Shown piece by piece: positions 9,020 through 16,754 of a DNA stretch of 20,367 nucleotides; position 1 is the stretch's first letter, and each line of letters opens with the position of its first letter. Below the pieces are notes generated by a model. The model did not search any database, was not told where the DNA came from, and worked only from the letters and a program-made list of their open reading frames with translations. The translations under genes and the position numbers were made by a program. Source of the stretch: an uncultured Gemmatimonadales bacterium (lineage in GTDB: Bacteria > Gemmatimonadota > Gemmatimonadetes > Gemmatimonadales > GWC2-71-9); assembly GCA_963748815.1 (NCBI GenBank), contig CAVVKJ010000015.1, positions 1 through 20,367 of the forward strand, written 5' to 3'.

Positions 9020-10114
9020 CTATTCAACGCCCCGGCCTTGCTGCCCCGCCGCGGGTCGCCGATAGCGCAGGAAGATCATCCCCTCCGGGCGGACCGCCTT
9101 GACCAGCACGGCGTCGGGGCTCGAGGCCAGCGCGTAGCCGTAGCCGTTGAACGAGATCGACTCGACCAGACGCCCCTGCCGGTCGATCACCTGGTAGCGG
9201 CGCACGGTGTCAGGGATGACGCGGCTCTTCTCCAGCCAGACGTTGCCGTCGCCGCCGGTGAAGGCCTCGTCGAAGGGCGGCTTTACGGGGCTGAAGGGGA
9301 CTTTTTCGGCGGCCGACCGGAGGTCCGGGGGGAACTTCCGCAGGAAGGCTTCGCGGTCGGAGACGGTGATGGTGAAGACCCGGTCCGGGAGCTTCTGTCC
9401 CTTCTGAAGCTCGCCGTCCGGTCCGATCCAGTCGACCCGGTTGGGGTAGACCCGCGCCACCCAGACGCTCCCGTCGGCCAGGACGCCCCACGCATCCTCC
9501 CCGCTGAAGACCCGGCGCTCATACCGGCGGCCGGCGTCGCCATCGACTTCGGCCAGGTCCAGCGGAGAGAGCCGGAAGAGGGTGTCGCCCCGCGAGAAGT
9601 CGAGCGGGAAGCGGACCACCACGGCCGAGTCCCGCTTGCCGCTCCCGTCGGGGCCGGGGGGCGGATTGAACTGCACGTACCAGTTGCCCTGTCCATCGCG
9701 GGCCCGGGGGAGATTGCCCAGGGTGATCTCCGGGCTCCCGATGGCCGTGACGTATGTCCCCTCCAGGGTCCACGTCGTCAGCCGGCGGAGCGCCCAGTCG
9801 CCCACGTAGAAGCCGTCACCCGCCCGGAAGAGGGAGAAAGGCCCCTCGAAGAGGGACTTCATTCCCTTGCCAAGATCACGCCCTGAACCCTCGGCAAAAT
9901 CGAGGACCACCACCCGCCGATCGGCGGGGGAGAGGACGGCCCACCGGTCGCCGCCCAGCCATGTGCCGGCCGTGGCCTCGAAGAGCGTCGTAGGTATAGA
10001 GTCGGCCTCGGGCCCGAGGGCGATGTCCGGGGCGTCGGCGGCCTTGGTGCCGCAGGCGGCAGCCAGGAGGAGGGCGCCGAGAAGGGCCGGCCGGGCGAGG
10101 GGGAAGGGGCGCAT
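9020..10114 (-). CDS. Beta-propeller lipoprotein (array member 1)
   Basis: Lipobox LAAAC. Shares EDAWGV..DG...VAR and KP.F motifs with 10623..11816. Confidence 0.8.
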   Translation of the reverse strand: MRPFPLARPALLGALLLAAACGTKAADAPDIALGPEADSIPTTLFEATAGTWLGGDRWAVLSPADRRVVVLDFAEGSGRDLGKGMKSLFEGPFSLFRAGDGFYVGDWALRRLTTWTLEGTYVTAIGSPEITLGNLPRARDGQGNWYVQFNPPPGPDGSGKRDSAVVVRFPLDFSRGDTLFRLSPLDLAEVDGDAGRRYERRVFSGEDAWGVLADGSVWVARVYPNRVDWIGPDGELQKGQKLPDRVFTITVSDREAFLRKFPPDLRSAAEKVPFSPVKPPFDEAFTGGDGNVWLEKSRVIPDTVRRYQVIDRQGRLVESISFNGYGYALASSPDAVLVKAVRPEGMIFLRYRRPAAGQQGRGVE

Positions 10115-10120
10115 TCTGGG

Positions 10121-10126
10121 AATCTA
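10121..10126 (-). promoter_or_regulatory. -10 element of a probable leaderless transcript
   Basis: Minus strand TAGATT, 6 nt, then ATG 10114. No RBS. Confidence 0.5.
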
Positions 10127-10214
10127 TAGAGTCAACCGCCGCTCCGCCTTCCTGGCCTGCAACCCTTTGCGCCGTGAGGGCATCAAAGGAAGTACATACA
10201 GAAAGGAGGCCCCG

Positions 10215-10406
10215 ATGGTCATGCTCGCCACAGATTCCCCGATCCCCACCTTCCGACTGGTGGATGACAACGGGACCTCCGTTGGTCGCATCGTGCTTCC
10301 GGTCGAGGACCGGATCAACGGCTCGGGCGCCGCGACGATCTATCTCCAGCGGGAGTCGCCAATCCGTCGGCGCCGGGTGACGGATACCCGGCTGGCAGCG
10401 CAATAG
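10215..10406 (+). CDS. 63-aa protein resembling the C-terminal blade segment of the neighbouring propellers
   Basis: AAGGAGG RBS at 10203-10209. FRLVDDNGTSVGRIVLPVEDRINGSGAATIYLQR aligns without gaps to the C-terminus of 10623..11816. Confidence 0.7.
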   Translation: MVMLATDSPIPTFRLVDDNGTSVGRIVLPVEDRINGSGAATIYLQRESPIRRRRVTDTRLAAQ

Positions 10407-10419
10407 CAGCATCCCCCCC

Positions 10420-10540
10420 GGGGTGGGCGCATGCCCACCCCTGGCGCAACCAGACGCGACTTCGTTGCATCAGGCTGGACGCCGCTCCCACCCACACGAA
10501 ATTGCGTTCCTGTCGATAGGGGTGGCCATACGGCCACCCC
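10420..10540. repeat. Pair of GTAG-family REP-like palindromes
   Basis: GGGGTGGGC-GCAT-GCCCACCCC (10420-10441) and ATAGGGGTGGCC-ATAC-GGCCACCCC (10516-10540). Confidence 0.7.
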
Positions 10541-10622
10541 GGCCTTCAGGCCCCCGGCTCTTGCGACTCCCCCCGCTCCTCGTGCATCCTCCCCTCCAGA
10601 ACCCACCCAACCCGAGGTCCTT

Positions 10623-11816
10623 GTGTCGCGACGCCCGTCCCTGCGCCTCATCCTTTTCCTGCTTGCCATCTCCGCCGTCTCTTCAGCCGTCAGCCTGGCT
10701 GCCCAGCAGGGCAAGGCCCCGGTCCAGAAGCTGACCAAACCTGACGCCACCTTCGACGAGCCGTTCACCCAGGTGGCCGGGCTCCGGGAGCTGAAAAACG
10801 GCGACGTCATCGTGGCCGACATGCGGGACCGGACCCTGCAGAAGATCGACCTGAAGACCGGTGCGGCCACGGCGCTGTCGCGCGAGGGGAGCGGCCCGAC
10901 CGAGTATCTCTTCCCCACCGGTGTCTACGCGCTGCCCGGTGACAGCACCGGCATTTACGACATGGGCAACCAGCGCTACCTCCTGCTGGACCCCACCGGC
11001 AAGGCGGTGAGCACCTTCAGGATGGACGAAGGGAACAGCGGTGGCGGGATGATGATGCTCCGCGCGGCAAGCGGGGCCGATGACAAGGGCCGCCTCTACT
11101 ACTCCACCCGAGGCGAACAGCGTGGGGGTGGAATGGATGGGGGCCCCCCGGAGTTTTCCGATTCTGGCCGCGTCGTGCGCTATGACCGGAGCAGCAAGAA
11201 GTTCGACACCCTCGGCGTCGTGATGGTGCCGAAGCCACTGGTTGAGGCGAGCGGGAGTGCCAACAACCGGTCGGTCAGCATCCGTCGGGTACCGATGGCA
11301 CCGGAGGATGCCTGGGGCGTGGCGCCGGATGGGCGCATCGGGGTGGCCCGCATCGCCACCGACGAGGTGCAGTGGTGGCTCCCCAATGGCAAGCGTGTGA
11401 CGGGGCCACCGGTTCCCTTCACACCGATCAAGGTCGTCGAGGCCGACAAGCTGGCCTGGCAGGCGCTGCAGGCGCGCAGCGGCATCAATGTCAACAACAA
11501 CAACGGCCAGATTACCGTCAGCCCGGCGGCGAGCAAGCCGGAGCCAATCGACCCGTCGATCCAGTGGCCGGCCACCAAGCCGGCGTTTCCGGCGAACGCG
11601 GTCCGCGTCGCCCCGACCGGGGAACTCTGGGAACTCCGCTCCACCCCCGCGAACGACCCTCTCCCACTCTACTACGTCTTCGATTCCTCCGGCAACCTGA
11701 TCAAGCAGGTACGGCTCCCGGCCCAGACTCGGCTCGTCGCGTTCGGAAAGGGCGTGGTGTACCTTGTCCGGCGGGATGCGGATGATCTGGAATATCTCGA
11801 GAGGTACAAGCTGTAA
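10623..11816 (+). CDS. Exported beta-propeller protein (array member 2; SPase I-type signal, no lipobox)
   Basis: GTG 10623 after GAGGT gives signal peptide MSRRPSLRLILFLLAISAVSSAVSLAA-QQ. SREGSGPTEY motif. C-terminal YVFDSSG..I..V.LP...VYLVRRDADD. Confidence 0.82.
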   Translation: MSRRPSLRLILFLLAISAVSSAVSLAAQQGKAPVQKLTKPDATFDEPFTQVAGLRELKNGDVIVADMRDRTLQKIDLKTGAATALSREGSGPTEYLFPTGVYALPGDSTGIYDMGNQRYLLLDPTGKAVSTFRMDEGNSGGGMMMLRAASGADDKGRLYYSTRGEQRGGGMDGGPPEFSDSGRVVRYDRSSKKFDTLGVVMVPKPLVEASGSANNRSVSIRRVPMAPEDAWGVAPDGRIGVARIATDEVQWWLPNGKRVTGPPVPFTPIKVVEADKLAWQALQARSGINVNNNNGQITVSPAASKPEPIDPSIQWPATKPAFPANAVRVAPTGELWELRSTPANDPLPLYYVFDSSGNLIKQVRLPAQTRLVAFGKGVVYLVRRDADDLEYLERYKL

Positions 11817-11827
11817 GTCGCGTTGAT

Positions 11828-11855
11828 CGTCACCCCGGCGAAGGCCGGGGTCCAG
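11828..11855. repeat. CGTC-tagged REP-like palindrome
   Basis: CGTCACCCCGGCGAAGGCCGGGGTCCAG, same family as 7652. Confidence 0.85.
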
Positions 11856-11886
11856 TTGTTGTCGTTCTTCACGCCTTTCGCGTTTC

Positions 11887-11931
11887 CTTTGCGTCTTTGC
11901 GGTAAGAGCTTTTGACCGCAAAGGCGCAAAG
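11887..11931. repeat. 17-bp inverted repeat built of CGCAAAG subunits
   Basis: CTTTGCGTCTTTGCGGT - 11 nt - ACCGCAAAGGCGCAAAG, one G-T mismatch, with degenerate subunits continuing on both flanks. Confidence 0.8.
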
Positions 11932-11987
11932 AGACGCCAAGGGCTCAACGTGACGCCCTGCTCCCCAATTTCTGAAACGAGACGACG

Positions 11988-13220
11988 ATGCGACAATTGG
12001 CGTGGGGACTCGCGTTGTTCGCTTTGGTGGGTTGCGGGGAGAAGGGCCCCAAGCTGGACGCGCCGGTGGTGACCACGCTCCCGAACGGCGCGGTCGAGGT
12101 CAGGAACAGCGGGCCGAGCGGGTGGGCGGACACCAGTGGCTGGAGGCTGGTCGAGCTTTACCGGGTCGGTGGTGTGGACGCCGAGGGGCTCGGGGCGGAG
12201 GAACTGGTCGATCCGCAGAGCGTGGCGATCGATGCCAGGGGCGGGATCTATGTAGCCGACGAGAAGCCCGCGGTCATCAAGCAGTTCGGCCCCGATGGCG
12301 GTTACATCCGGAGTTTCGGGCGGGAAGGGGGCGGCCCCGGCGAGTTCCAGGTGGCGTTCATCGCCGCGGCGCCGGGGGCGCTCGCGCTGCACGATCCCCG
12401 GTCGAGCCGGACGAGCGTGTTCGATTCGGCCGGCAATTTTCTCAAGAGCTGGCCGTCGAGCTGCTGCTACTGGTCGAACATCATGGTCAGCCGCGACACC
12501 CTGATCTACGTGCCGACCTCCGTGCGGTCGGAAGGGCCGAGCGAGCCGAATGACAACTATTACATCCGCTACCGGCTTGACGGGACGCTGGTCGACACGC
12601 TGAAGATCGCGGGGCCCGCTCGTGCCGATGAAGACAAGTACTGGACGGTTTCCGGGGGGGAGGGGCGCAACAAGATGATGTTCATGACGTCCATCCCCTT
12701 CGCGCCGGAGGTGCGGACTCCGCTCGATCCTGCGGGCGGCGCCATCGTCGCCTGGACGGGGGAGTACCGATTCTGGGCGACCTCGAACGGCCGAGACACG
12801 ACCCAGGTTGTTTCGCTCGCAGCGACGCAGTCGACCCTGAGTGAGGATCGTCGTCTGCATATCCGCGACTCGATGGTCGGCCTGTACGCAAAGCAATTCG
12901 ACAAGAAGGCGGTCGAGGAGGCGTTCAAGGTCTCCGACATCCCGACGGTGGCGCCATATTTCCGTTCGCTCCAGGTCGACGGTCGCCGCAACCGGTGGGT
13001 GCTTCCGGACGACGGCGGAAATCACGCCAACGCGCGCTTTGAGGTGTTCGACTCGACCGGGGCCTATCTGGGCGCGGTGCCGCTGCCGGAGACGTTCGGC
13101 ACGTTCTGGCAGACGGTGTGGGGAGTCGATCGCGTGGCGACGATCGCGGAAGATGCGGATGGGTTGCCGGTGGTGGTGGTGTATGGGATTGAGAAGCGAG
13201 GACAGAGGACAGAGGACTGA
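11988..13220 (+). CDS. 6-bladed beta-propeller (NHL-like) lipoprotein (array member 3)
   Basis: Lipobox LVGC. PQSVAIDARGGIYVAD, FGREGGGPGEF, FEVFDSTGAYLGAVPLP. Confidence 0.88.
   Translation: MRQLAWGLALFALVGCGEKGPKLDAPVVTTLPNGAVEVRNSGPSGWADTSGWRLVELYRVGGVDAEGLGAEELVDPQSVAIDARGGIYVADEKPAVIKQFGPDGGYIRSFGREGGGPGEFQVAFIAAAPGALALHDPRSSRTSVFDSAGNFLKSWPSSCCYWSNIMVSRDTLIYVPTSVRSEGPSEPNDNYYIRYRLDGTLVDTLKIAGPARADEDKYWTVSGGEGRNKMMFMTSIPFAPEVRTPLDPAGGAIVAWTGEYRFWATSNGRDTTQVVSLAATQSTLSEDRRLHIRDSMVGLYAKQFDKKAVEEAFKVSDIPTVAPYFRSLQVDGRRNRWVLPDDGGNHANARFEVFDSTGAYLGAVPLPETFGTFWQTVWGVDRVATIAEDADGLPVVVVYGIEKRGQRTED
13198..13218. repeat. 7-bp tandem repeat GAGGAC(A/T) x3 overlapping the gene end
   Basis: GAGGACA GAGGACA GAGGACT, encoding the terminal RGQRTED. 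Confidence 0.75.
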
Positions 13221-13236
13221 GGGCGATCCCACCATC

Positions 13237-13371
13237 CGTCACCCCGGCCCCCGGCTTTCGCCTGAGCAGGGTCGCCGGGGTCCAGCGTTTGAGCTCGCGG
13301 CTGAAGCCGCGGCTCGGCTGGTGTCGCTAAAGCGACGGGGAGGCAGTCACCCCGGCGAAAGCCGGGGTCCA
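13237..13371. repeat. Two direct CGTC-family REP copies with small hairpins between them
   Basis: CGTCACCCCGGC-(long loop)-GCCGGGGTCCAG at 13237-13285 and GTCACCCCGGCGAAAGCCGGGGTCCA at 13346-13371. Hairpins CGCGGCT-GA-AGCCGCG and GTCGCT-AA-AGCGAC lie between. Confidence 0.8.
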
Positions 13372-13427
13372 TGTTCCGGGCTCTTACGCCGATTCGTCAC
13401 ATTCCGCGTTCGACCGGACGCACCGAG

Positions 13428-13452
13428 GGGGTGGGCATACGCCCACCCCTAT
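13428..13452. repeat. GTAG-family REP-like palindrome
   Basis: GGGGTGGGC-ATAC-GCCCACCCCTAT. Confidence 0.7.
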
Positions 13453-13473
13453 CCGGGAGCGTCCAAGCCGTCC

Positions 13474-13517
13474 CCCCTCTCCCGGAGGGAGAGGGGGATA
13501 AGGGGGTGAGGGGTTAC
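13474..13517 (-). repeat. BoxC-like palindromic repeat, copy A
   Basis: CCCCTCTCCC-GGA-GGGAGAGGGG followed by GATAAGGGGGTGAGGGGTTAC. Confidence 0.9.
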
Positions 13518-13573
13518 GACGGCGGGGCAGGGTGGCGGGGGGCAGGAGTTCGCGGCATTGCGAGGAACCCCAG

Positions 13574-14791
13574 CTACTGAAGCTCCTCCAGCACCGGCAA
13601 CCGCCCCACCACCAGCGCCCCATCCTCATCTTCGGCGATTCCGTACACCCACCGCACACTCCACGCCTTCGGGGTGAAGTTGCTGGGCAGGTGGACGGTC
13701 GCGAGCCGGCGGCCGTCGGTGCCGAAGACATCCCAACGGTAGGTGGCCGGCCTCGCCTCGGCGACCCTTCCCATGACGAAGGGATGGTACTTGTAGGTGG
13801 AGTCCACGACGCGCATCCACAGCCGCCCTCCCGCGTCGAACTGAAGCTCCTCGACCTGATTGCGAGTGTCTCCGTAGTCTTGACCCTCCACGAGGTCGAT
13901 CAAGGGCGGGAAGGGCCCAGAAGGGAATTCACCCTGCCACTTCTCTGGAATGGTCTTGGCATCGGCAGTTACCGGTACCGCCGCTTCGTCAACGGTAATG
14001 ATGGACATCGCACCATTTGAGGCGTTTCGAATCTGAGCAGCAAACGTCACCCCATCCGACGTTGCTACCTGACAGCCGCCATCGCTTGCGACCAGCGCCC
14101 GGACTCCATAGGGACGGCGCGTACCCGATGGCTGTGTCGCCGTCCAGGCGACATCCTCAACCAGGAGCCACGGTACCGGTTTTGTGTTGGGTCGCCACCA
14201 GACGATCGCGACGGTGTCGGGGGGCCCGCCGGGTAAGCGGTACCCGGCCCTCCAGAGCGCGAGTATGTTGCCGTCGCACGAAGCCAGACTCGACGCCATG
14301 GCTTCGTCGTACCCGGTCGGCGCCTCAAGTGTGGTGGTGATGGGGACATGATCAGGCCCAAAACGGGTCAGCCGTGACGCGTTGAAATCCAGAGCTTCGA
14401 CGGTGTCCCCTCGTGCGTGCACACCCAGAATGCGACGAAATTCCCCCGGCCCATCACCCTTCCGGCCGAGAGTTTCTACTTCGCCAGGTGCACCGATTTC
14501 CACGATTTGAGTGCGTTCCCCGATGAGCAACTTGTCACCTGCCGTCGCCACCGCCGTTGATCGCAGGACTCCCTCCCCGGCATAAACGACCTCCAGCGAC
14601 TCGCTCGGGATGGTGCCGAGGTCTCCGAGGACGGAGCCGGATTGGGTGTGGACGAAGGTGGTGTCGCCGGAGGTGGTGATCGAGCCCTGCCAGGTATCGG
14701 AGGTCCCGTTGCCTGCGGAATCGCGACACCCGACGACCAGGCACAGGACCAAGACAGCACATGCGGCAGGCCGACCCCTACGAGAAATCAA
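13574..14791 (-). CDS. 6-bladed beta-propeller lipoprotein (array member 4)
   Basis: TTG 14791 after GGAGG gives signal MISRRGRPAACAVLVLCLVVGC. LGRKGDGPGEFR and WDVFGTDGRRLATVHLP motifs. Confidence 0.8.
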   Translation of the reverse strand: MISRRGRPAACAVLVLCLVVGCRDSAGNGTSDTWQGSITTSGDTTFVHTQSGSVLGDLGTIPSESLEVVYAGEGVLRSTAVATAGDKLLIGERTQIVEIGAPGEVETLGRKGDGPGEFRRILGVHARGDTVEALDFNASRLTRFGPDHVPITTTLEAPTGYDEAMASSLASCDGNILALWRAGYRLPGGPPDTVAIVWWRPNTKPVPWLLVEDVAWTATQPSGTRRPYGVRALVASDGGCQVATSDGVTFAAQIRNASNGAMSIITVDEAAVPVTADAKTIPEKWQGEFPSGPFPPLIDLVEGQDYGDTRNQVEELQFDAGGRLWMRVVDSTYKYHPFVMGRVAEARPATYRWDVFGTDGRRLATVHLPSNFTPKAWSVRWVYGIAEDEDGALVVGRLPVLEELQ

Positions 14792-14816
14792 AGTTGCCTC
14801 CGGATGTCCGCATGGA

Positions 14817-15938
14817 TCAGTTCCCTGGCGAGTCAACTGATCGTGTCTCGAACGTCCTCCACTCACACCTCTCCACATCGATCAGCATCCGTCTGACCCA
14901 CGTCTCCCCAGTGCCATCTGCGCCGATCCGCAGATCGATGCGCACCAGCGTGTCGCCGCGCACCGAGAGTTTTGGCGATCCCTCGGGGTCTTCCCCCAGC
15001 GGTGTGTCCACGCACGCTTCACCGGTGTGAAAGTCCAGAACGGAGAGCCAGCTGGTCGAATGCTCAGTTTGGCCGCTCAACACAAAATCGCTGTGAATCA
15101 CGGCCAAGCGCTCTGCGCCCATCGGGAAAAGCCCGCTCAGGAGCGAGGCCATGCCGATGATTGTCGAGTCACTCATTGGTTTGCTGAATCGCTGGATGAT
15201 GTCCGTAGGCACCGGGCGGCGAGCTACCCACGGCATCGTCACCGCCAGCGTCTCGGCGCCGGAGGTTCTTACGTAGAGCTCGTTGGATGCCATGACGCCT
15301 GTCACAAGCTTGTCGGGGATCGATGCCACGAAGAAATAGGGAAAAAATGTCCGCACACCCGGGGAGTCACGATACGGCGCGGGCAGCGTGCCTCGGCGGA
15401 TTGCCGAGTCCACGCCGGGTAGCAACACCACCTGGCTGGTGTAGTTGACCGGGTCGAACAGCGCGCCCACGAGGGTGTCGCCGTCCCAGGCGATGCTGTA
15501 CGCGAGGCCTCCGACCGGGGCGGAGCGTGTTAGCGCACCGCTGGAGAGATCAAAGAAGTTGACCCGCTGAAGTTGCCAGTCCACCGCCGCGAGCAGGGTA
15601 TCACGGAGCACTGCCATTGCGCCTGGAACCGCGAACTCTCCGGGGCCCCTGCCCTTCCGGCCGATTCGACGACGGAGCGCTCCCGATCGCTCGAACTCAC
15701 TGATTTGTGCGGATGCGAGGTCGGCCACGAGAAGGCCTCCATCCGCAGTCACCTGGATGGCAAGGATGTGGCTGAGGGGAGCCGAGTCGGGCTCCTCCAG
15801 CTTGACCGAATCGAGCAGCGTGACGACTGGGCTGGGGCTGGTCGGGGCCCCCAATTGGCGATCAGTACCGCAGCCGGCGAGCAGCAGGCACACCAGCAAG
15901 CAGGGTCCGAGGACCGGATATCGTCTCATGGTCATCAT
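14817..15938 (-). CDS. 6-bladed beta-propeller lipoprotein (array member 5)
   Basis: Lipobox LAGC. IGRKGRGPGEF. C-terminal ACVD...CEW. Start uncertain (candidates from 15929 to 15947). Confidence 0.82.
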   Translation of the reverse strand: MMTMRRYPVLGPCLLVCLLLAGCGTDRQLGAPTSPSPVVTLLDSVKLEEPDSAPLSHILAIQVTADGGLLVADLASAQISEFERSGALRRRIGRKGRGPGEFAVPGAMAVLRDTLLAAVDWQLQRVNFFDLSSGALTRSAPVGGLAYSIAWDGDTLVGALFDPVNYTSQVVLLPGVDSAIRRGTLPAPYRDSPGVRTFFPYFFVASIPDKLVTGVMASNELYVRTSGAETLAVTMPWVARRPVPTDIIQRFSKPMSDSTIIGMASLLSGLFPMGAERLAVIHSDFVLSGQTEHSTSWLSVLDFHTGEACVDTPLGEDPEGSPKLSVRGDTLVRIDLRIGADGTGETWVRRMLIDVERCEWRTFETRSVDSPGN

Positions 15939-16050
15939 AGTCTGCACCGCGGGATGGGGGGTGCGCTAGAGGGGATATTTGATCGACGAGCGGGTGGTAC
16001 CCCGCCTTGCGTTCAACCCGTCACCCCCGGTCCCCGCTCCCTCCACGCAT

Positions 16051-16094
16051 CTAACCCCTCACCCCCCGGCCCCCTCTCCCTCCGGGAGAGGGGG
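16051..16094 (+). repeat. BoxC-like palindromic repeat, copy B (overlaps the DUF559 3' end)
   Basis: CTAACCCCTCACCCCCCGGCCCCCTCTCCC-TCC-GGGAGAGGGG, inverted relative to copies A, C and D. A degenerate partial copy lies at about 16014-16042. Confidence 0.88.
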
Positions 16095-16470
16095 TGGTGA
16101 AGGGTTGGAGGAGGCTGCGAAATCGTTCGACGTTCACCTCCGCATTCGGGATTCGAAGCACCCGAACACCCAAGGACTCGATCTGCGCGTCGCGTTGGAG
16201 GTCGCGAATTGGATGCCCGTCCTCTTGATGGATGGGGCCATCCAACTCGATTGCCAGGCGCAATTGCGCACAATAGAAGTCCACGATGAATGGTCCTACG
16301 ATTTGCTGACGTCGAAATCGCAGCCCCAACATCCTTCTGCCACGAAGGAGTTCCCATGCCTGCCGCTCGGCAGCGGTTCCCTCACGCCGGAGTCGCCGTG
16401 CCTGATCGAGCAGGAGCGGATTCTGGTGTTGACGGGCGATGACACCCCTGCCTGTCGGAACTCTGGGCAC
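16051..16470 (-). CDS. DUF559 family (Vsr-like PD-(D/E)XK) endonuclease domain protein
   Basis: GTG 16470 after GGAGG. ARRLRREGTAAERQAWELLR, FRRQQIVGPFIVDFYC, LAIELDGPIH, RDLQRD..IESLGVRVLRIPN. Confidence 0.92.
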   Translation of the reverse strand: MPRVPTGRGVIARQHQNPLLLDQARRLRREGTAAERQAWELLRGRRMLGLRFRRQQIVGPFIVDFYCAQLRLAIELDGPIHQEDGHPIRDLQRDAQIESLGVRVLRIPNAEVNVERFRSLLQPFTTPSPGGRGGRGVRG

Positions 16471-16573
16471 ACTCGCCTCCCCCGAAATCTGCCCAAGGTG
16501 GCTATCAATGCGCGGAATGGTGATACCATTCCCCCGCAAGTCAGCACGAGCAATTGCGTTGGCGCTCACCTCT

Positions 16574-16754
16574 CCCCTCTCCCGGAGGGAGAGGGGGGTA
16601 AGGGGGGTGAGGGGTTACGACAGCGGGGCCGCGGGGCAGGGGGCGAAACGGACACCGGTCCCCCCCTTCCCGAAGGGGAAGATTCCGGTAGAATGCTGGA
16701 ATGATCCGGCTCACCCCCTGCTTGGTTGTGGGATTGTTGCTGCTCGGCGCCTGC
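16574..16754 (+). repeat. ~181-bp direct repeat, copy 1: BoxC-like copy C (16574-16618) + promoter + signal-peptide codons
   Basis: Hand alignment to 17827-18006 gives about 15 differences. Confidence 0.93.
16689..16694 (+). promoter_or_regulatory. -10 element of a probable leaderless transcript
   Basis: TAGAAT-GCTGGA-ATG. TTCCCG 16 nt upstream is a weak -35 candidate. Confidence 0.6.

Noticed and set aside
10431..10622. N-terminal extensions in the ORF track (also 1173-1496, 6690-6932, 14792-14878, 16471-16569)
   Set aside because: They overlap repeats or neighbouring genes. Downstream starts have an RBS or translational coupling and restore signal peptides.
10683..13235. 850-aa minus-strand ORF
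   Set aside because: Antisense shadow of two well-supported genes. It runs through intergenic repeats, is Arg-rich and has no motifs, as expected in high-GC DNA.
13237..13520. CRISPR array
   Set aside because: The repeats belong to different families with irregular spacing, and there are no cas genes.
14762..14781. GTAGGGGTCGGCC on the minus strand as a further GTAG REP
   Set aside because: It has no second arm and lies within the signal-peptide codons of member 4.
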